Shown: piece after piece, positions 28,963-39,106 of the stretch
Layout: each line of letters begins with the position of its first letter
Numbering within the stretch: position 1 is the first letter of the stretch
Source of the DNA: Thermoproteota archaeon
GTDB taxonomy: Archaea; Thermoproteota; Nitrososphaeria_A; Caldarchaeales; Calditenuaceae
Direction of reading: 5' to 3'
DNA: 64,000 bases
NCBI GenBank assembly: GCA_030550235.1
Contig: JAUQPU010000001.1
Location: 381,068 to 445,067, forward strand
Program-made: the position numbers and the translations under genes
Notes under the pieces: model-generated
What the model was told of the DNA's origin: nothing
The model's database searches: none
Seen by the model: the letters and a program-made list of their open reading frames with translations, nothing else

Positions 28963-30228
28963 TTGGTTCAAGTCTCTGACCTTTATGCATTTATCCCAGT
29001 AGGGGGCATGGCTAAGAGGCTCCAACCCCTGACGTTAGAGGTGTCTAAAGCCCTTATTAGGTTTCTGGGAAGACCCCTAATCGAGTACACCATAATCCAT
29101 CTGGCACAGCAGGGGGTTAGGAACTTCATCTTCGGTGTGAAGGGATATATAAATTATCGCTCCCTCTTCGACTATTTCCAAGAGGGGCATGGAATCTCCC
29201 TGAAATATGGAATAACCCCGCGAATATCCATAAAATATCAACCGAATGTCGATGACGTCGGGAATGCAGACAGCTTCCTGATAAATTTGGAATACTATAA
29301 TGTAAGCTCGCCTGCAATCGTGGCTCAAGGTGATAATGTCTTTAACCTAGACCTGAGGGCTTTGCTAGACTTTCACGAGGAGAACTCCGCCTTCGTCACT
29401 GTGGGCGTGAAGCGCGTATCTGATCCGTCGGCCTACGGCGTGGTTGAGGTTGATGGAAAGGGTAGGGTGAATAGCTTTGTGGAGAAGCCTCCTAGAGACG
29501 CGGCCCCATCAAACCTAGCCAGCACAGGAATCTATCTATTCTCATCAGACGCTAGGAGAATCTGTCTCGACCCTGAGATAAGGGCGAGGAAGGCCACTCT
29601 CAGGCGGCTCGACTTCGGCCTAGACCTAATCCCCTACCTAATTAAGAAGGGGTTCCGAGTATACGCATACGAGATAAAGGGAGAATGGTATGATGTTGGA
29701 ACACCGGAGCTCTATCTCGAGTCAATGATGAGGATTATGGATAGCGGATTGATGAATGTCTTTTTCGGGGAGACTATTTACGAGTCGGACAACTCGAGGC
29801 TCTGGATACTCGGACAGAGCCAGGCATCCATGCAAAGGAAGGAGGAGATTCTCAGAAAGGTCAGGGAGGGTAGAATCAAGATAAACGGGAACGTCCTCAT
29901 TGGTAGACACTGCCAGATCGGTGATGACGTCATCATTGGAGACTCGTATATTGATAACTACTGCTTTATAGGCGATGGTGTGACAATTGAGAGATCGGCC
30001 CTCCACGACCGCGTTTACGTCGGGGAAGGAGCCTATATTCAAGACGCAATAATAGCGCGCCACGCGAAGATACTTTCCTCCCGGACCGAGCCTACAGTTG
30101 TTTTAGGCGTTAGCATCGTGGGTGATAACGCGGTGATTGAAAAAGGCTCCTTCCTGACCAACGCAAGGATAGAGCCCCACTCCTATATTTCGCGAGAGGC
30201 TGTTCTCGCGAAAAAGGAGTCAACATAG
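28963..30228 (+). CDS. Sugar-1-phosphate nucleotidyltransferase (NDP-sugar synthase) with left-handed beta-helix
   Basis: PVGG.AKRL.PLT...SKAL, QGDN, YGVV, FVEKP, DFG.DLIP, WYDVGTP, hexapeptide repeats. Confidence 0.92.
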   Translation: MVQVSDLYAFIPVGGMAKRLQPLTLEVSKALIRFLGRPLIEYTIIHLAQQGVRNFIFGVKGYINYRSLFDYFQEGHGISLKYGITPRISIKYQPNVDDVGNADSFLINLEYYNVSSPAIVAQGDNVFNLDLRALLDFHEENSAFVTVGVKRVSDPSAYGVVEVDGKGRVNSFVEKPPRDAAPSNLASTGIYLFSSDARRICLDPEIRARKATLRRLDFGLDLIPYLIKKGFRVYAYEIKGEWYDVGTPELYLESMMRIMDSGLMNVFFGETIYESDNSRLWILGQSQASMQRKEEILRKVREGRIKINGNVLIGRHCQIGDDVIIGDSYIDNYCFIGDGVTIERSALHDRVYVGEGAYIQDAIIARHAKILSSRTEPTVVLGVSIVGDNAVIEKGSFLTNARIEPHSYISREAVLAKKEST

Positions 30229-30253
30229 GGATGCCACAATCCTAACTACTAGC

Positions 30254-30472
30254 TTATCTAGGGCCCTGCTTTTTCTGTTCTTCAATGTAGATGGCTGTTA
30301 TCATGTGGGCTATCCCACCACAGTTCGGACACTTCTCCTCGATATTGCTGAATATGTAGTCGCCCTCTTTGTGTGGTCTTGTGTGTATAGAGCCGCAGTT
30401 CAGGCATTTAAGCTGTGTTAGGACGTTGAAGGGTATTGCTCTCGCCTTGGTGAGAGCACCTCCCTGCCCCAC
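30254..30472 (-). CDS. Small Zn-ribbon protein
   Basis: CLNCG...R...EGDYIF...CPNCGG...ITAIY; downstream of the DUF1512 gene. Confidence 0.8.
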   Translation of the reverse strand: MGQGGALTKARAIPFNVLTQLKCLNCGSIHTRPHKEGDYIFSNIEEKCPNCGGIAHMITAIYIEEQKKQGPR

Positions 30473-30507
30473 TCCTTCTACCGTATCGTCCAGTCAGAGC
30501 CCACCTC

Positions 30508-31668
30508 CTAGAGCCCCACACCTATCGTGTTTCCTATACCAGCTATAATAGCTGTACCGTTGGTGGGGACCTTGTCTCTTATCAGCTCTTTAAGTCTATT
30601 CACCACCGTATCTGCTGATTTTACAATACTCTCTCTCATAGGAGTTATCGCCTCAAGTATGGACTGGTATATTACGATGGCGTAGAGTGGAACATTCTTC
30701 TCCTTTGCAAGTGTCTCTATCTTGAACTTGTCAATGCCGGGGCCGCCTATAGCCACGCCTACCCCCTCAGCTATCTTTCCAGTCTCCTCGCCCTCCAGCT
30801 TCAGGGCAGCATCAATAGTGATTATCAGGTCTGGCTTAGTATCCATATCGTAGACGAGCTTCTTCACGGCCTCACCCGGCCGCCCCACAGTCCCTCCAGG
30901 CCCGATAGGCCTAACCACATACACCTTCCTACCCTCAAATTCGACGACATCAAGCCAAGTATCTTTAGCAATCTCTGTCTCAGATATCTTCTTACTCTCC
31001 CTGACAAACTTGGCAGCCGATAATACACCTATCCCATCTCCTATAGGTAGCCCCTTAATGAAAGCATATGAGGCCTGCCTATACGACTCCGCCAGCTCCA
31101 TAATCATAGGAAGCTGTATCTGTATCTGTAGAGCTAGGAAATAATTCGATGTCCTCTTACCCTGGAGATAATAGTGCCTGACAATTCTGTAAATTAGATT
31201 GAGCGCCCTTGCAACCTCCACAAGGTTAGAGAGGCTCTTAACCCGGTGGATATCCGCCTTTGATGCCAGCCTAGCCACACTCTCCTCAAACCTAGCATCA
31301 CCAATCTCAAGTATATGCTCCAGCTTGTAGACTATCCCATTAGGGTCCATAGACTCTGGCGAGATATAGAAGAACTCCAGTAAACCGTCTAGCTCCTTCT
31401 CTATCGCTGGCGAGTCCTTATTGCCGTCAACATACATCTTAATACTGTTTATTGCCTGCTCCCTTACCTCATCCTTAATCTGCTTAAGGATAGCAAGTCT
31501 CTTCTCTATGTATCTGAGGACAAAGGCTAGTTGGGTCCTCTGACCAAAGTAGGGGTAGATGAAGAAGAATGACAGCAAAAAAAGGAACCATACTACCTGT
31601 AATAAGAAAGATAGGGAATCGCCTGTAGTGGGTGTGAGTGTTGCCACGGCTCCTCTTTTAAATATCAC
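30508..31668 (-). CDS. DUF1512-family protein (N-terminal TM, C-terminal GPR/YyaC-like fold)
   Basis: P.SMDP.GI..K, VRHY, PIGDG.G, GPGG.VG.PG, IDAALKLEGE.TG..AEG.GVA.GG.G, G.GNT.G. Confidence 0.85.
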   Translation of the reverse strand: MIFKRGAVATLTPTTGDSLSFLLQVVWFLFLLSFFFIYPYFGQRTQLAFVLRYIEKRLAILKQIKDEVREQAINSIKMYVDGNKDSPAIEKELDGLLEFFYISPESMDPNGIVYKLEHILEIGDARFEESVARLASKADIHRVKSLSNLVEVARALNLIYRIVRHYYLQGKRTSNYFLALQIQIQLPMIMELAESYRQASYAFIKGLPIGDGIGVLSAAKFVRESKKISETEIAKDTWLDVVEFEGRKVYVVRPIGPGGTVGRPGEAVKKLVYDMDTKPDLIITIDAALKLEGEETGKIAEGVGVAIGGPGIDKFKIETLAKEKNVPLYAIVIYQSILEAITPMRESIVKSADTVVNRLKELIRDKVPTNGTAIIAGIGNTIGVGL

Positions 31669-31798
31669 GTGATGCTCATAAATGTATCGCCGACTGTGTC
31701 TAACGGTGTGTCGGGGGTTTAGAGACCCTCCCTCTATCGCCTTGGAGGGAAAGTTTAAGGCTGAGTATTGGATGTTAAGACAAGGTTAAGAGTATAGG

Positions 31799-32638
31799 AT
31801 GCGTTGCAGTAGATGCGGCGCAGAGGAGGTATTGCCTTTCAAGTGCGCCTACTGTGGCGACTACTTCTGCTCTAAGCACAGGCTTCCCGAGACCCATGAG
31901 TGTAAAGCCCTATACCTCGCACGAAACATAGTCGAGATTGAGAGGAGGGAGTCAAGGCCTTCTGGCAGTTCTTCCCGGCATGCCACAATGCTGGCGGTAA
32001 AGACAGAGATGATCTTCTCGAGGCTTACAGCCATGGAGAGGGGGTCTGAGGTGCTCCACCTTGCCGCTGGTTCCTGTATCGTAGCGGGTGTTGCCTTCTC
32101 GATGATCTATTCTTTAGCCGCATGGATGGGGGCTTCCTTAATAGCCATCGTCGTAGCTTCAGTAGTTGCTTCATTCCTAGCACACGAGCTCGCCCATAAG
32201 ATCGAGGCAATGAGACAGGGTCACTGGGCCAGGTTCAGACTAAATCTGTTCGGCTCAATTATAAGCCTCTTATCAATCCTTCTCCCAATCAAATTTTTAG
32301 CGCCGGGTGCGGTAGTTATCTTCGGCCAAGTAACCCAGCGCGGAGTCGCAAGGGTAGCGGCCGCTGGCCCTATTGTCAACCTGGTGGTTGCAGCCATCCT
32401 CCTCCCGTTCATCTACATATCCTACGCACTCCTTGGTTTGTTAGACGCTACTTTCTCAAATGCCCTGCTTCTGATTGGGCATCTGAATATACTCATGGGC
32501 CTGATAAATCTCATACCTCTAGGCCCCCTAGACGGTTTAAAGATAATTACGACCTCTTTTAGGGCTTGGGCGTCATATATGTCCGTGGCCATTATTCTTT
32601 ACATCGTCTATCATTTCCGCCTACCTATACTCGTTTAG
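31799..32638 (+). CDS. AN1-type zinc finger fused to M50 (site-2 protease-like) membrane metallopeptidase
   Basis: CxxC...PFKC.YC...FC.KHRLPE.H.C; HELAHK, APGAV, AAAGP..N, NLIP..PLDG. Confidence 0.88.
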   Translation: MRCSRCGAEEVLPFKCAYCGDYFCSKHRLPETHECKALYLARNIVEIERRESRPSGSSSRHATMLAVKTEMIFSRLTAMERGSEVLHLAAGSCIVAGVAFSMIYSLAAWMGASLIAIVVASVVASFLAHELAHKIEAMRQGHWARFRLNLFGSIISLLSILLPIKFLAPGAVVIFGQVTQRGVARVAAAGPIVNLVVAAILLPFIYISYALLGLLDATFSNALLLIGHLNILMGLINLIPLGPLDGLKIITTSFRAWASYMSVAIILYIVYHFRLPILV

Positions 32639-32649
32639 GGGTCGCGGGG

Positions 32650-33756
32650 CTACTTTTTCTTACTGGTGATTCTCTCCTCCTTCCACTCCTTTAGGGGACC
32701 GGTTAAGATGTATCGTGCATTCCGGAACTCGTTGATGTTTGAGGCGCCACAGAGCGCGACTGCGACCCTTAGCTCTTCTTCTAGGCGCTCTATCAGACTC
32801 TTAACCTCCTCCACCCCCTGTACCGCAGCCTTCAGGAATGGCATGGCAACTCCACCCATAACGGCTCCTAGGATGATTATCTTGGCGACTTCAAGTCCAT
32901 TCCTTATCCCGCCCGAGCCTACAACCTCGAGACCTTTAACCTGAGAGACCTCTAGGATGGAGGCAGCTGTGGGTATCCCCCATTCCTGAAAAACCTCTGC
33001 CAGACGGGCCCTGTCTTGTCTCCCGGCCTCAATAGCCCTCATTCTTTCAATCTCAACCCAGCTAGTCCCGCCTCTACCTGCAACATCAACAGCCGATACA
33101 CCTATATCTCGGAGGACAACAGCGTCCTCGTAGGAGATTCCGCATCCCACCTCCTTAACTATAACCGGGACACCAATCTCCCTACAGAGACGGCGGGTCT
33201 GCGTTAGAAAGCCCCTGAATCTTCTATCCCCTTCAGGCTGTATAATCTCTTGGAGAGTGTTAACATGTACAGCTATGGCGTCGGCGTCAATCATCTTCAC
33301 AGCCTCCCATGCAAGCTCGACACCATGCTGTACCAGCTGGGCTGCTCCAATATTGGCTATCAAGAAGACATTGGGGCCTGCCTCTCTTGCAACTCTAAAG
33401 GTCTGTCTGAGCTCGGGGTTAGCGATCGCGGCCCTCTGGCTCCCCACACCCATGGGGATTCCAGCTTTCTCAGCAGCCTCCGCCAGCCTAGCATTTATCT
33501 TCGCAGCTTCCTCAGTCCCACCAGTCATACCCTCAATCAGGAGAGGTGCCGAGAATTTCCTACCTAGGAAGGATACTGTGATGTCAACTTCATCGATGTT
33601 AATGTCAGGGACAGCCCTTGGGATGAGGTGCACATATTCAAGCCAGTTGCTCCCCCTTTGTACAGAGGCATTTTCGAGCACTATCCTTATGTGGTCCCTC
33701 TTTCTCTCCGCAACGCCCATTATGTTTTCTGGAGCCTCCTTCGAGAATCGAGTCAC
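32650..33756 (-). CDS. fni: Type 2 isopentenyl-diphosphate isomerase
   Basis: RK.DHI, GMTGG, MGVGSQR, ANIG..QL, H.N.LQE..QPEGD, KEVG.G, GGTSW, WGIPT; start may be ATG near 33720. Confidence 0.97.
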   Translation of the reverse strand: MTRFSKEAPENIMGVAERKRDHIRIVLENASVQRGSNWLEYVHLIPRAVPDINIDEVDITVSFLGRKFSAPLLIEGMTGGTEEAAKINARLAEAAEKAGIPMGVGSQRAAIANPELRQTFRVAREAGPNVFLIANIGAAQLVQHGVELAWEAVKMIDADAIAVHVNTLQEIIQPEGDRRFRGFLTQTRRLCREIGVPVIVKEVGCGISYEDAVVLRDIGVSAVDVAGRGGTSWVEIERMRAIEAGRQDRARLAEVFQEWGIPTAASILEVSQVKGLEVVGSGGIRNGLEVAKIIILGAVMGGVAMPFLKAAVQGVEEVKSLIERLEEELRVAVALCGASNINEFRNARYILTGPLKEWKEERITSKKK

Positions 33757-33765
33757 GGCTAAATA

Positions 33766-34008
33766 TTAAGCGTTAACCTCTTCAACAGGCTCCTCCGCCT
33801 TCTTTTCCTCGCTCTCCTTTAGCCGTCTCTTGACCAGAGCGGTTAGATAACCTGCCACGTTGTTTATGAGCCGCTGCGACACGGTTCCCGCCAACACTTC
33901 CTTCGCTAGCAGCTTGTTTGATTGGAAATCTGGCTTGACCTTGTCCGGGTAGTTCTCAAGTATCTCAGCGGCTAATACCTTAACCTTCCTAGTGCGTATC
34001 TTACCCAA
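33766..34008 (-). CDS. rps17e: 30S ribosomal protein S17e
   Basis: MGKIRT..VK..A..I.E.YP....DF..NK...N.VAGY.T. Confidence 0.96.
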   Translation of the reverse strand: MGKIRTRKVKVLAAEILENYPDKVKPDFQSNKLLAKEVLAGTVSQRLINNVAGYLTALVKRRLKESEEKKAEEPVEEVNA

Positions 34009-34076
34009 TCCCTAATCCGACCCCATGGCGGCATGTTATTAATGTTGACCCCACCCATGCGCGTGTCTGGAATTTG

Positions 34077-35141
34077 CTAGGATGCTGGCTTGAGCCTGTT
34101 TTTAAGCCTGTCAAGCTCTCTCGGCTTAAGTGTTTGCGTCTTTGACTCGGGTATAACCCCGCTCGGCCTGAAAAACATCACTATTAGGAGTGTAGTGCTT
34201 AGGAGGAGTGGTGTGAGCCAGACAACGTCGAAGGGGAGGTAGAGCTGTAGCTCTCTCTTGAAGACGTCTATGAGGCGTGAGGAGGCCATAAATATTAGGA
34301 CGCCGAGAGCCGTGCCCCAGTTGTTTGCGGCACCGCCGACCAGCACCATAACCCAGGGTATGAAGGTATGGTTGGTCCTACTATAGTTCTTCGCATTCAC
34401 AGCTCCTGTAGTCAATGCGAGCATCGCGCCAGCCAGGCCCGCCAATGCACCGGCAAGTATAATCGTCTTCCTCTTAACACTCACAACGTCTCGCCCAAGC
34501 GCTTGAGCCAGCACCTCATCATCCCTAATCGACTTGAGAAGCCTACCATAAGGCGACTTAGTCAACAACTCCACGAAAATAAAAACTAGGAAAGCAAGAC
34601 CCACTAGTAAAGCAGTCAGGACGTAGTTCCTAGTGGGGACTGGTATCCACCCGAGAAAACTAGGCACAAAGACCCCTAAAGTCCCTCCGATAAGATTCTT
34701 ATAGTTATCGCCAATGAGTATGAGTATCTCTCCCATCGCCAGCAGTGTCATGGCTAGGTACTCCTCCTTCAGCCTAACGGCGGGGATGCTTGAGACGAGC
34801 CCGAGACCTGCACCCGCAAGCATGGCGGCAATCAGTGAAAAGATTAGAATAAGGGTTGAAAATAGAGGTTCTCTTGCGAGAATATCATTTATCCTTGGCA
34901 TAATCTGTGCATGGTTGTCGAAATAGTTCAGCCCCTCCCCCAGGTTATAGAGTGCAGCTATGAGCTGTCCTGGGAGCGCGCCGACCAGAAATGCTCCACC
35001 CGACACGCAGAGCACCTTACCGAAGTTGGGGATTCCTCCAAACCCATACTCGAGGTTGAGGCTGAGAGATATTACGAGGTAGGCGGCTATCCATGGAGCA
35101 AGATCTAGAAGAAATCTAATGAGTTGGTCGGGGGAAATCAT
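34077..35141 (-). CDS. Branched-chain amino acid-type ABC permease (LivM-like)
   Basis: SLNLEYG.GG..NFG, RL..EYLAM.LLA, SPYGR.LKSIRDDE; ATGA overlap with upstream permease. Confidence 0.92.
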   Translation of the reverse strand: MISPDQLIRFLLDLAPWIAAYLVISLSLNLEYGFGGIPNFGKVLCVSGGAFLVGALPGQLIAALYNLGEGLNYFDNHAQIMPRINDILAREPLFSTLILIFSLIAAMLAGAGLGLVSSIPAVRLKEEYLAMTLLAMGEILILIGDNYKNLIGGTLGVFVPSFLGWIPVPTRNYVLTALLVGLAFLVFIFVELLTKSPYGRLLKSIRDDEVLAQALGRDVVSVKRKTIILAGALAGLAGAMLALTTGAVNAKNYSRTNHTFIPWVMVLVGGAANNWGTALGVLIFMASSRLIDVFKRELQLYLPFDVVWLTPLLLSTTLLIVMFFRPSGVIPESKTQTLKPRELDRLKNRLKPAS

Positions 35142-36052
35142 CTCGCGGCCCGCACCCACCTGAGGGTAATAGACGTTATTCCCTGAGGTATTGTGAGTAG
35201 GACGATCGACATTATTAGCAGCGGTATGATCGGCCGGTATTGTATTATTTCTGTGAAGCCTAACGCCGCTATCATCTGTGGTATAAGAGAGTTGGCTGCT
35301 CCCACCATAACCCCGCCGGCAAGCGACCCGAATATGCTAGATAGCCCTCCTAGGATGCTGGATGCGAATATCGTGGGTAGGAAGTCGTCACCTGCCGTAG
35401 TTGTGACGGGAAGCCACATGGCATATATTAAGCCAGAGAACCCTCCCAGCAACCCTGCAATAAACCATGCCAGCATGTACATTCTCTCGATATTGATGCC
35501 TAACACTTGAGCTAAATCTGGATTTTCTATTGAGGCCCTTAGAGCTACCCCTGTCCGTGTCTTGTTGAGAAAGATATAGAGAAGAATTGTGGATAAGATG
35601 ACCGAGGCCAGTGATAATAGCATAACTAGAGGAATGGACTCTATTTCGAGATCGAATGATCTAAGGGCTATGTAGTTGGTCCTAACCTTATATGTCTTGC
35701 CGAAATAGTCTGCTAGAATGCTCATGACCCCAAAGATGAAGAAAGCCACAGTCAATGTCGCAATCATCTGGTAAGTTGGTGAAGCCCCTCTCTTCCGGAG
35801 TGGATTCAAAACTATCCTGTATTGCGCCACGGAGACCAGACCGCCGAGAAGAGCGGAGGCCCAGAGAACCTCATAGGGACTCCTATGCAGGATTTGGGCC
35901 CAGTACACCGCCATGTATGCACCAGTCGTGAGGAATGATCCGTGGGCAAAGTTTGGGACGCGGGTGGTCAGATAAGTGAGGGTCAGGCCAACACTCGACA
36001 TGGCCGCGATACCAGAGAAGACAAGTGTGTTTACTATCGCCGGGTCGATCAA
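35138..36052 (-). CDS. Branched-chain amino acid-type ABC permease (LivH-like)
   Basis: GLTL.Y....VPNFAHG, TRTG.ALRA..EN..LA..LGI, ILGGL.S. Confidence 0.92.
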   Translation of the reverse strand: MIDPAIVNTLVFSGIAAMSSVGLTLTYLTTRVPNFAHGSFLTTGAYMAVYWAQILHRSPYEVLWASALLGGLVSVAQYRIVLNPLRKRGASPTYQMIATLTVAFFIFGVMSILADYFGKTYKVRTNYIALRSFDLEIESIPLVMLLSLASVILSTILLYIFLNKTRTGVALRASIENPDLAQVLGINIERMYMLAWFIAGLLGGFSGLIYAMWLPVTTTAGDDFLPTIFASSILGGLSSIFGSLAGGVMVGAANSLIPQMIAALGFTEIIQYRPIIPLLIMSIVLLTIPQGITSITLRWVRAAR

Positions 36053-36125
36053 GGAGCTAATCTATTGAATAATAAGGGTCTAAATTTAAAGTTTATATAC
36101 TGTAAGCCTCTTGGCATTACTTACA

Positions 36126-37592
36126 ATGACCAACTCCAGTCTACGCGCGATTTCAACAGCCGCCGCGATAGGGTTGCTGATAGTCGGGCTGATCGTGGGT
36201 GGTGTCTTAGGAATCTTTTTGGCGCCATCCTTTAGCCCTCCAACCACGCTGACAACTACTGTTGTTCAGCAGCGGACTATTGTTCAGGAGAGAACACTAA
36301 CCACTACCGTGGGTCAGCAGCCTCAGGCGGTTAGTCCATTGCCACCGATTCTGGCACAGTCGGTAGTCAAGCTAGGAGACGGGCTTCCCTACATTCCCGC
36401 CTCTCTATTGGAAAAGGGAGTGACGTTAAGTGGTGAGATACGGATTGGAGCACTGCTCAGCTTGTCTGGTGACTTGAGGACATTCGGTGAAAATCATCGG
36501 ACCTCTCTAGAACTTGCTAGAGACGACATTAATGCTTGGCTTTCCAAGCGCGGTATTAACCTCAGGGTTGTTTTAGAGATTGAGGACACAGCTACGCAGC
36601 CCGAGCAGGCCCTCGCAAAGCTTCAGGCACTCGCCGCCCGTGGAGTGAAGATAGTTGCAGGCCCATTAAGCAGCCGTGAGGTTAGAAACCTTAAGACCTA
36701 CGCCGACGAGAACAATATACTCGTCGTCAGCCAATCCTCAACAGCCGTCGACTTGGCCGTACCAAGCGACAACATATTCAGGTTCATACCCGACGATAGA
36801 AAGCAGGGCCCAGCACTGGCCCGTTTAATGTGGGATGCAGGGATCCGGTACTATGTACCCATCTGGAGAGGAGACACGTATGGTGACGGTCTCAAGAGTG
36901 CTACTGAGAGCGCCTTCAAGAGGCTAGGCGGCACAGTAGACTCTGGGATAAGGTACAACCCAGACGCCAAGGAGTTTGCCACCGAGATCGCGACGCTTGA
37001 GAGTAAAGTGAGGGATGCGATATCAAGGTATGGGCAAGGTGCCGTGGCTGTTCACCTGATCTCCTTTGAAGAGGCTGTATTAATTCTACAGGAGGCGGCG
37101 AAGCGTGACGTCTTGCGGTCCGTTAGATGGTTTGGAAGTGACGGTACAGCCGGCTCAGGCGACATACAGAACGATGCGACATCCGCACAGTTCAACATTG
37201 ACACAAAATTCCTTCACACAATTTATGCAGCAACCACAAGCGACATATTCGAACGGGTCAGAGACAGAGTTAAACAGGTGTATGGAAGGGAGCCTGACAC
37301 CTATACATACACGATGTATGACATCCTCTGGGTCTTAGCACTCTCGATACTTACTGTTGATAAGTACGATACGACGGCGGTTAAGGGCGTCCTCCCAATC
37401 GTAAGCAGCCAATACTTCGGAGCATCAGGATGGACAGTCCTAAACGAGAGCGGTGATAGGGTCGGCGGAGACTATGACGTCTGGGCGATTGAAAAAGTTG
37501 GCGAGAAGTACGAATGGAAGATCGTCGGGAAATACCTGGCATCCACAGACACTGTAGCCTGGGCGCGTGGATACGAAGGGAAATACACTTAA
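36126..37592 (+). CDS. ABC transporter substrate-binding protein (PBP1, LivJ-like) with membrane anchor and Thr-rich linker
   Basis: TM, TTLTTTV linker, IGALL.LSG, EDT, GP.SS, S.SSTA, FRF.PDD..QG, FGASG. Confidence 0.9.
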   Translation: MTNSSLRAISTAAAIGLLIVGLIVGGVLGIFLAPSFSPPTTLTTTVVQQRTIVQERTLTTTVGQQPQAVSPLPPILAQSVVKLGDGLPYIPASLLEKGVTLSGEIRIGALLSLSGDLRTFGENHRTSLELARDDINAWLSKRGINLRVVLEIEDTATQPEQALAKLQALAARGVKIVAGPLSSREVRNLKTYADENNILVVSQSSTAVDLAVPSDNIFRFIPDDRKQGPALARLMWDAGIRYYVPIWRGDTYGDGLKSATESAFKRLGGTVDSGIRYNPDAKEFATEIATLESKVRDAISRYGQGAVAVHLISFEEAVLILQEAAKRDVLRSVRWFGSDGTAGSGDIQNDATSAQFNIDTKFLHTIYAATTSDIFERVRDRVKQVYGREPDTYTYTMYDILWVLALSILTVDKYDTTAVKGVLPIVSSQYFGASGWTVLNESGDRVGGDYDVWAIEKVGEKYEWKIVGKYLASTDTVAWARGYEGKYT

Positions 37593-37625
37593 ATCTCTGA
37601 GTATTTTTTAAGATTTTTAAAGGAA

Positions 37626-38396
37626 TTGGACGACGGTCTAGTGAAATGTTTAGAGCTGGTAAAGAGCTTCGGTGGTGTTAGGGCAGTCGAGGGAGTAAAC
37701 CTCTCGCTACATGCAGGGGTCTTCTCCCTTCTGATAGGCCCCAACGGCAGCGGGAAGAGCACACTAATCAACCTGATCGCTGGCTACTATTACCCTGACA
37801 GTGGGAAAATATTGATGCATGGGAAGGATATTACGCGCCTCAAGCCTCATGAGCGTTTTAGCATTGGGCTGGTTAGGACTTTCCAGACTGCAAGACTCTT
37901 CACGAGCCTAACAGTGCTTGATAACCTCTTGCTGGCTGCTGGGACCACTGAGGGGGAGAATATCCGGATTGCACCATTTAGGCGTAAATGGCTTGTTAGG
38001 GAGATGGAGATGGTCGAGAAGGCCTATCAAATCTTGGAGCTGGTGGGGCTGGAGAAGCTTAGAGACCAGCCTGCAGGGAAGCTTAGCGGAGGCCAGATGA
38101 AGCTCCTCGAGCTTGGCCGCGTAGTCATGAGCGGAGCCAGAGTAATCTTGATGGATGAGCCGACAGCGGGGCTTAACCCCGTGATAGCCGAGTCAGTCCT
38201 ATCCCATATACGCCGCCTTGTAACCGAGCTAGGCCTAGCCACCCTCCTAGTAGAGCATAGACTGGACCTGGCCATGAAGTATGCCGACAAGGTCTTCGCA
38301 ATGTTTAATGGACGGTTGATCGGGGAGGGGTCGCCGGAGGAGGTTCTCACAATCCCCGACGTTGTCGAGAGTTATCTTGGTGAAAGGCTGGCATGA
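37626..38396 (+). CDS. ABC ATP-binding protein (LivG-like)
   Basis: GPNGSGKST, RTFQ, LSGGQ.KLLE, DEPTAG, VEH. Confidence 0.95.
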   Translation: MDDGLVKCLELVKSFGGVRAVEGVNLSLHAGVFSLLIGPNGSGKSTLINLIAGYYYPDSGKILMHGKDITRLKPHERFSIGLVRTFQTARLFTSLTVLDNLLLAAGTTEGENIRIAPFRRKWLVREMEMVEKAYQILELVGLEKLRDQPAGKLSGGQMKLLELGRVVMSGARVILMDEPTAGLNPVIAESVLSHIRRLVTELGLATLLVEHRLDLAMKYADKVFAMFNGRLIGEGSPEEVLTIPDVVESYLGERLA

Positions 38397-39106
38397 TAAC
38401 TGTTGAGGGTCTAGATGCAGGTTACGGCCGTCTCCAGATACTCTTTAATGTCTCTCTGAAGGCGCCGAGGGGTGAGATTACTGCCATACTAGGCCCCAAT
38501 GGCAGTGGAAAGAGCACCCTGCTTAAGAGCATATTTGGTCAGACCAGCATCTTTAAAGGCTCCATCAACCTGGATGGAGTTGAGCTGGCTGGGCGTCCCC
38601 CTCATAAGATTGCACGCCTAGGTGTAGCCTATCTACCCCAGCTCAACAACCTTTTCACGGGTCTCACTGTAAAGGAGAACCTGTTGATGAGTGGCTATAT
38701 GCTCTCAGAGGAAGAGAGAAGGGAGAGGTCGGAGGAAGTTCTGAGGTTCTTCCCCTTCCTCAGAGGCATGTTCAACAGGAAGGCCGCGACGCTAAGTGGT
38801 GGGGAGCGGCAGATGCTCTCGATAGGTATGGCATTGATGAGACGCCCACAAGTAATTATGCTGGATGAGCCTACAGCTAGTCTATCTCCGAAGATGGTCA
38901 ATATGGTGCTTGACGTTATAAAGAAGCTGAAGGACGACTATGGATTCACCATCCTCCTCGCTGAGCAGAGCGTTATTAAAGCCCTCAAGCTCTCAGACCA
39001 TGCAGCCCTGCTTGTTGGTGGAAGGGTCTTATTTGAGGGCGATCCATCCGAGCTACTAAATAATAGGGAGCTCGGCCGTATGTACTTGGGGCTGAGTGGC
39101 GCGTAA
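38393..39106 (+). CDS. ABC ATP-binding protein (LivF-like)
   Basis: GPNGSGKST, LSGGERQML, DEPTA.L.P, AEQ. Confidence 0.95.
   Translation: MITVEGLDAGYGRLQILFNVSLKAPRGEITAILGPNGSGKSTLLKSIFGQTSIFKGSINLDGVELAGRPPHKIARLGVAYLPQLNNLFTGLTVKENLLMSGYMLSEEERRERSEEVLRFFPFLRGMFNRKAATLSGGERQMLSIGMALMRRPQVIMLDEPTASLSPKMVNMVLDVIKKLKDDYGFTILLAEQSVIKALKLSDHAALLVGGRVLFEGDPSELLNNRELGRMYLGLSGA

Noticed and set aside
31690..31752. Three short adjacent hairpins in the DUF1512/AN1-M50 divergent spacer
   Set aside because: Stems are only 5-6 bp and partly overlap; no known RNA motif
36240..36312. Thr/Val-rich repeated segment in the binding-protein N-terminus
   Set aside because: Ordinary linker of membrane-anchored archaeal solute-binding proteins
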